The notes under the pieces were generated by a model. That model ran no database searches. It was not told where the DNA came from and was given only the letters and a program-made list of their open reading frames with translations. A DNA stretch of 63,591 nt, filler included, from Myxococcota bacterium (lineage in GTDB: Bacteria > Myxococcota_C > UBA6777): assembly GCA_023150835.1 (NCBI GenBank). It is 3 parts of 3 records of this genome, joined end to end, with 100 filler letters (N's around TTAATTAATTAA, not from the genome) between each part and the next. Parts side by side here need not be neighbours in the genome. Positions count along the whole stretch, not along the records: positions 51,999 to 63,591 come from JAKLKB010000169.1; 2 more parts are not named here. One strand, 5' to 3'. Position numbers and translations under genes: made by a program. This document shows, piece by piece, positions 59,999 through 63,591 of this stretch. Within the stretch, counting starts at the first letter, position 1. Every line of letters begins with the position of its first letter.

Positions 59999-60646
59999 TC
60001 ACAAGCCCCCACTTGCTCGGTAGCCCCGTAAAGATTGCTCGAACAGTCGCAAAAACATCTCCACAAAATGTTCCACAGGCTCCATCCCCTCGCGCAATCC
60101 AAAGATCAATGCCAACTGATAATGCGACCACACCCCCATACAGGCCAAGCCGATATCCAAGTCCTCTCGTAGCCGACCTTGCGCACGTTCTTGTTCCAAT
60201 AAGCCCGCCACCCAGTCCAAAAAGCCCGCTGCTTGGACCGCCATGCGCTCTCCCCATTCACCTTGCAAAAAAAACACGTGCTGCACCAACGTCCGCGAAA
60301 GTGACGGATTCTCCGCATAACGTGTAAACAAACAACGCATCATGTGCTCCAGTTGGGACTCTATCTTGGCCGTCCGATCGAGGCTTGCATACGCAACCTC
60401 CATCGTCTCCTCTATAAACTCGTAAAAGATCGCCGCCAGCAAAGAAGGCTTGTCTGGAAAGTGCGCAAACACCGTCCCCGTCGCAACCCCCGCATGTTGC
60501 GCCAATTGCCGCATCGTCGTCTCTTCGTACCCACGCTCTACAAACAACGCCCGCGCTGACGACAACAACGTCGCTCGCGTCTCTTCTTTTTGTTGCTCTC
60601 GCTTGCCCAATCTGTCTCGCCTTTCTTCTTGTGTGAACTTGTTCAA
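59999..60646 (-). CDS. TetR/AcrR family transcriptional regulator
   Basis: ARALFVERGYEETTMRQLAQHAGVATGTVFAHFPDK HTH. Confidence 0.95.
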   Translation of the reverse strand: MNKFTQEERRDRLGKREQQKEETRATLLSSARALFVERGYEETTMRQLAQHAGVATGTVFAHFPDKPSLLAAIFYEFIEETMEVAYASLDRTAKIESQLEHMMRCLFTRYAENPSLSRTLVQHVFFLQGEWGERMAVQAAGFLDWVAGLLEQERAQGRLREDLDIGLACMGVWSHYQLALIFGLREGMEPVEHFVEMFLRLFEQSLRGYRASGGL

Positions 60647-60671
60647 TGAGTTTGATCAATGAACAAGGTCA
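60634..60671. promoter_or_regulatory. Three tandem TGA-N6-TCA boxes overlapping tetR start
   Basis: TGAACTTGTTCA 60634, TGAGTTTGATCA 60647, TGAACAAGGTCA 60660 (13-bp period). Confidence 0.8.
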
Positions 60672-61102
60672 GCCCACGCAAAAGATAGCGCGCAGCCTCC
60701 AAAAAGCCAAAGAAAAAAGCGAGAAACATGGCGAAAGGTGAGCGGATCCACAAAGGAAAAGTATGTAGGAATGCGTTATGGGGGGGATTTTTGTTCACTG
60801 CGCCACTTCGATTCACAGTCGTGTCGTTTGAATAGGCGTGAAAACACGGGGGTTTTTGAAACAGTGTCGATCCGAAGTGAGAGAGGCGGAGAGGCAGGAG
60901 AGGCGGGTATGTCCGCTTGCGGGGGGATGGTTGTACGAAATCCGTTCATTGTGTGATCGTAAAGACGTAGGGGCAGACAGGTGTGCATTTGATCCGACGA
61001 ATTGGACGTCTTTTTACGAAGAATTTGATTTTATTGAAAAAAATGGCGGCACGTCGTTTGACCCTCACCCCCATAGGCGTTAGGTGAAGCCACAGCTGGC
61101 CC

Positions 61103-61688
61103 CTCTTACATGGGTACAAAACGCGGGCATCACGCAGAGGATATCGAAAAGAAGAGTCCACGGAAAGCACGGAAAGCACGGAAAGTACGGAAAGTACGGA
61201 AAGTACGGAAAGTACGGAAAGTACGGAAAGTACGGAAAGTACGGAAAGTACGGAAAGTACGGAAAGTGCGGAAAGTGCGGAAAGTACGGAAAGTGCGGAA
61301 AATGCGGAAAGTGCGGAAAGTGCGGTAAGTACGGAAAGTGCGGAAAGTGCGGAAAGTGCGGAAAGTGCGGAAAGTGCGGAAAGTACGGAAAGTACGGAAA
61401 GTACGGAAAGTACGGAAAGTACGGAAAGTGCGGAAAGTACGGAAAGTACGGAAAGTACGGAAAGTACGGAAAATACGGAAAGTACGGAAAGTACGGAAAG
61501 TACGGAAAGTACGGAAAGTACGGAAAGTGCGGAAAGTGCGGAAAGTACGGCGACGGGGTTTCTCTGTGCGCTCAGACTTTCTGCCTTCCTCCCCCTCGCG
61601 GCAGCAGCGAGGCTTTGCGAGCGTCGCAGGGAGAGGGGTGTCGCGAAGCGACGGAGTGAGGGTCACGCGATTTGTCCCCCAGTAAGAG
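61103..61688. mobile_element. Family E element with 23-bp terminal inverted repeats
   Basis: CTCTTACATGGGTACAAAACGCG ... CGCGATTTGTCCCCCAGTAAGAG (19/23 complementary). Confidence 0.65.
61159..61550. repeat. 9-bp minisatellite (CGGAAAGTA/CGGAAAGTG), about 43 units
   Basis: Direct inspection. Confidence 0.97.
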
Positions 61689-61804
61689 CCAAAGACCGTG
61701 AACAGGGGAGGGAGAGAAAGTCGGAGGCAGCGAGGTTTTGGTTTTCCATGCTGTAGGCTGTTTGCACAAGAGATCGTCTTTGCCTGCTCCAACTTCCCCC
61801 CGTA

Positions 61805-61900
61805 GGGGGGATTGAGGGGGGATTGAGGGGGGATTGAGGGGGGATTGAGGGGGGATTGAGGGGGGATTGAGGGGGGATTGAGGGGGGATTGAGGGGGGGG
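61805..61900. repeat. 11-bp tandem repeat (GGGGGGATTGA) x8
   Basis: Single unit in other family A copies. Confidence 0.95.
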
Positions 61901-62323
61901 CGAGCAAAAGAAAAGGCGATCAAGACCGACTCGACGAGGTTTCCACCTTAACAAGGCGCGTATGACCCTCACCCCCCCAGCCCCCCTCTCCCTGCTGTCG
62001 CTCTTGCGAGGATGGAGAAAAAAGCGTACGGATGGCAGAGACTTTGGCTTTGCTTTCCCCATAACGCACAGCAAACCTTGTTTGCGCTTGTGGGTCATGG
62101 GGATGTCCGCCTTTGACAGGGGTGAGGTGCGAAACCCCGCACTGCCCGATATGATCGTTCGCAGGTTTGAACTCGAAATGAATTCGTTGGAGCAAATGCC
62201 CCGTGGCTGCCCAATCACAGGGCGTTTACAACAAACCGCATCGACGCTTGTGGATACGCTTTTGACGGATATTGTAGGAATTATGATCGCAAACCTTTGT
62301 GTACACATCACTCGGGTATCGTA

Positions 62324-63256
62324 TTATTTGCACTGGCCGTTTTGGCAGACTTGGCCAGCGGCGCAATTGGCGTTGCTTGTGCAGGGGGTGGTGTGAGGTT
62401 GGCATTGGCCATTTTGGCAGACTTGGCCAGCGGCGCAATCGGCGTCGCTTGCGCAGGGGGTGATGTGAGGTTGGCATTGGCCGTTTGAGCAGACTTGGCC
62501 AGCGGCGCAATCGGCGTTGCTTGCGCATGGCGGCGGAACAACGGGCTTGCAGGAGCCTGCTTTGCAACCTGTGCCGATGCCACATTTTTGGCCGCAAGCA
62601 CCGCAATGATCGTTGTTGGTTTGGAGATCGACGCAGATCGAGCCACAACGGGTCTGACCAGACGGGCAAGTGCAGTTGTTGTCGATTACGCCGTCGCAGT
62701 CGTCATCAAGGCCGTTGCAGATCTCTGTCGAAGCTTTACAAGCGATGTCGCATTTCCCGCTGCTTTGGTTCTTGACGAAGTTTGTGTTGCATTGGCAAGT
62801 TCCGTCTTTGAGGCAAGTTCCCGCTAAGGCCGACATCTCAAGACGGTGGTTGCAGGTTTGATCTTGGCCGAATGTGCAGACAGGCTGGGTGACGGCCTTG
62901 CATTGGCCGTTTTGGCAGACTTGGCCCGTGGGGCATTCTGCGTTGCTTTGACAGGGTTTGGTGACGGCCTTGCATTGTCCGTTTTGGCAGGTTGAGCCGA
63001 TGCCGCATTTGGTTGCGCAGGCACCGCAATGATCGTTGTTGGTGCGCAGATCGACACAGGCCGAGCCGCAGGAAGTGCCGCCTGTTGCAGCGCAGGGATC
63101 GGCTTGAGCGATGCAGGTTCCATTTTGGCAGATGTATTTAACTGGGCAATCTTTACCGGTAATACATTCTTGGACGACACCACAGCCAGAAAAAGAGGTC
63201 AGCCAAAGGCAACAAACAAGGGCCAATGGAATGGGATAAAAACGCAATCGATACAT
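62324..63256 (-). CDS. Cys-rich lipoprotein (Stig1-like, MopE-like and CxSNADC repeats)
   Basis: GGAG RBS, FSGC lipobox, CVDLxTNNDHCG, EICNGLDDDCDG. Confidence 0.88.
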   Translation of the reverse strand: MYRLRFYPIPLALVCCLWLTSFSGCGVVQECITGKDCPVKYICQNGTCIAQADPCAATGGTSCGSACVDLRTNNDHCGACATKCGIGSTCQNGQCKAVTKPCQSNAECPTGQVCQNGQCKAVTQPVCTFGQDQTCNHRLEMSALAGTCLKDGTCQCNTNFVKNQSSGKCDIACKASTEICNGLDDDCDGVIDNNCTCPSGQTRCGSICVDLQTNNDHCGACGQKCGIGTGCKAGSCKPVVPPPCASNADCAAGQVCSNGQCQPHITPCASDADCAAGQVCQNGQCQPHTTPCTSNANCAAGQVCQNGQCK

Positions 63257-63454
63257 GGTTATACTCCGATAAGGTCCATCGTGCTTGTGGATACGCCGCT
63301 TGGGGCGTTGTGATCAGGTGAACGAATGGTCTTGCAAGATCCTTCGATCTCATTGACAAGGCAGCCCTTGAAAATCGAACCCAAAGAAAAAAAAAGAGGA
63401 GATCTGCTCCAGAGAGGAGCGAGGCAGTTTCATGGTGTTTGTGGGGCATTGCCC

Positions 63455-63591
63455 CATAGGCGTTAGGTTAAGCGCTTGTTGGCCCCCCCACCCCAGCCCT
63501 CCCCCGTGAACAGGGGAGGGAGCGAAAGTCGGAAGCAGCGGGGATTTTGTTTTTTCATGACGCACGCTGTATGCACGACGCGCAGACGCTG
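63455..63591 (+). mobile_element. Family A MITE, cut by window edge
   Basis: GGGCATTGCCC followed by CATAGGCGTTAGGTTAAG and shared internal sequence. Confidence 0.9.

Larger units (their letters stand above)
61072..61964 (+). mobile_element. Family A MITE expanded to 893 bp, 11-bp TSD ACCCTCACCCC
   Basis: Both family A ends present; TSD at 61061-61071 and 61965-61975. Confidence 0.88.
60985..62199. mobile_element. Family D element with 19-bp terminal inverted repeats
   Basis: GCATTTGATCCGACGAATT ... AATTCGTTGGAGCAAATGC (17/19 complementary). Confidence 0.7.
60934..62276 (+). mobile_element. Family C element split by nested insertions
   Basis: TACGAAATCC..GTAGGGGCAGACAGG at left; CGTGGCTGCCC..GGATATTGTA at right. 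Confidence 0.65.

Noticed and set aside
61084-62311. ORFs through the satellites as real genes
   Set aside because: Frames are open only because the repeat units lack stops; no RBS, and they cross element boundaries.

Overview
GC-rich bacterial sequence, probably an uncultured Myxococcota genome (inferred from the Cys-rich lipoproteins, Ser/Thr kinases, hybrid histidine kinases and HEAT/TPR proteins). It is three contigs joined by artificial 100-bp N/TTAATTAATTAA/N linkers (22556-22655, 51899-51998), so adjacency across the linkers is not evidence. Recognisable genes: Ca2+/Na+ antiporter, tRNA-Arg(CCT), mutS2, AlkD-like glycosylase, comM/yifB followed by a divergent recA paralogue, a five-gene two-component cluster, rnd, rimI, glpK, an Rpn-like nuclease, a rifampin-phosphotransferase-like enzyme and a TetR regulator. 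The strongest unannotated signal is intergenic. Several families of short non-autonomous elements insert into one another. One is an IS231/IS4-like MITE (CAT...ATG ends, 6 copies) with 11-bp target duplications at GGG-N5-CCC inside other repeats; an empty target site is also present. A four-level nest lies at 60.9-62.3 kb. Other highlights: identically spaced triple TGA-N6-TCA boxes linking tetR to the phosphotransferase promoter, an internal RBS/ATG in the Rpn-like gene, and an IS50-like element truncating a probable matrixin gene. All family assignments come from motif recognition by eye; no searches were run.
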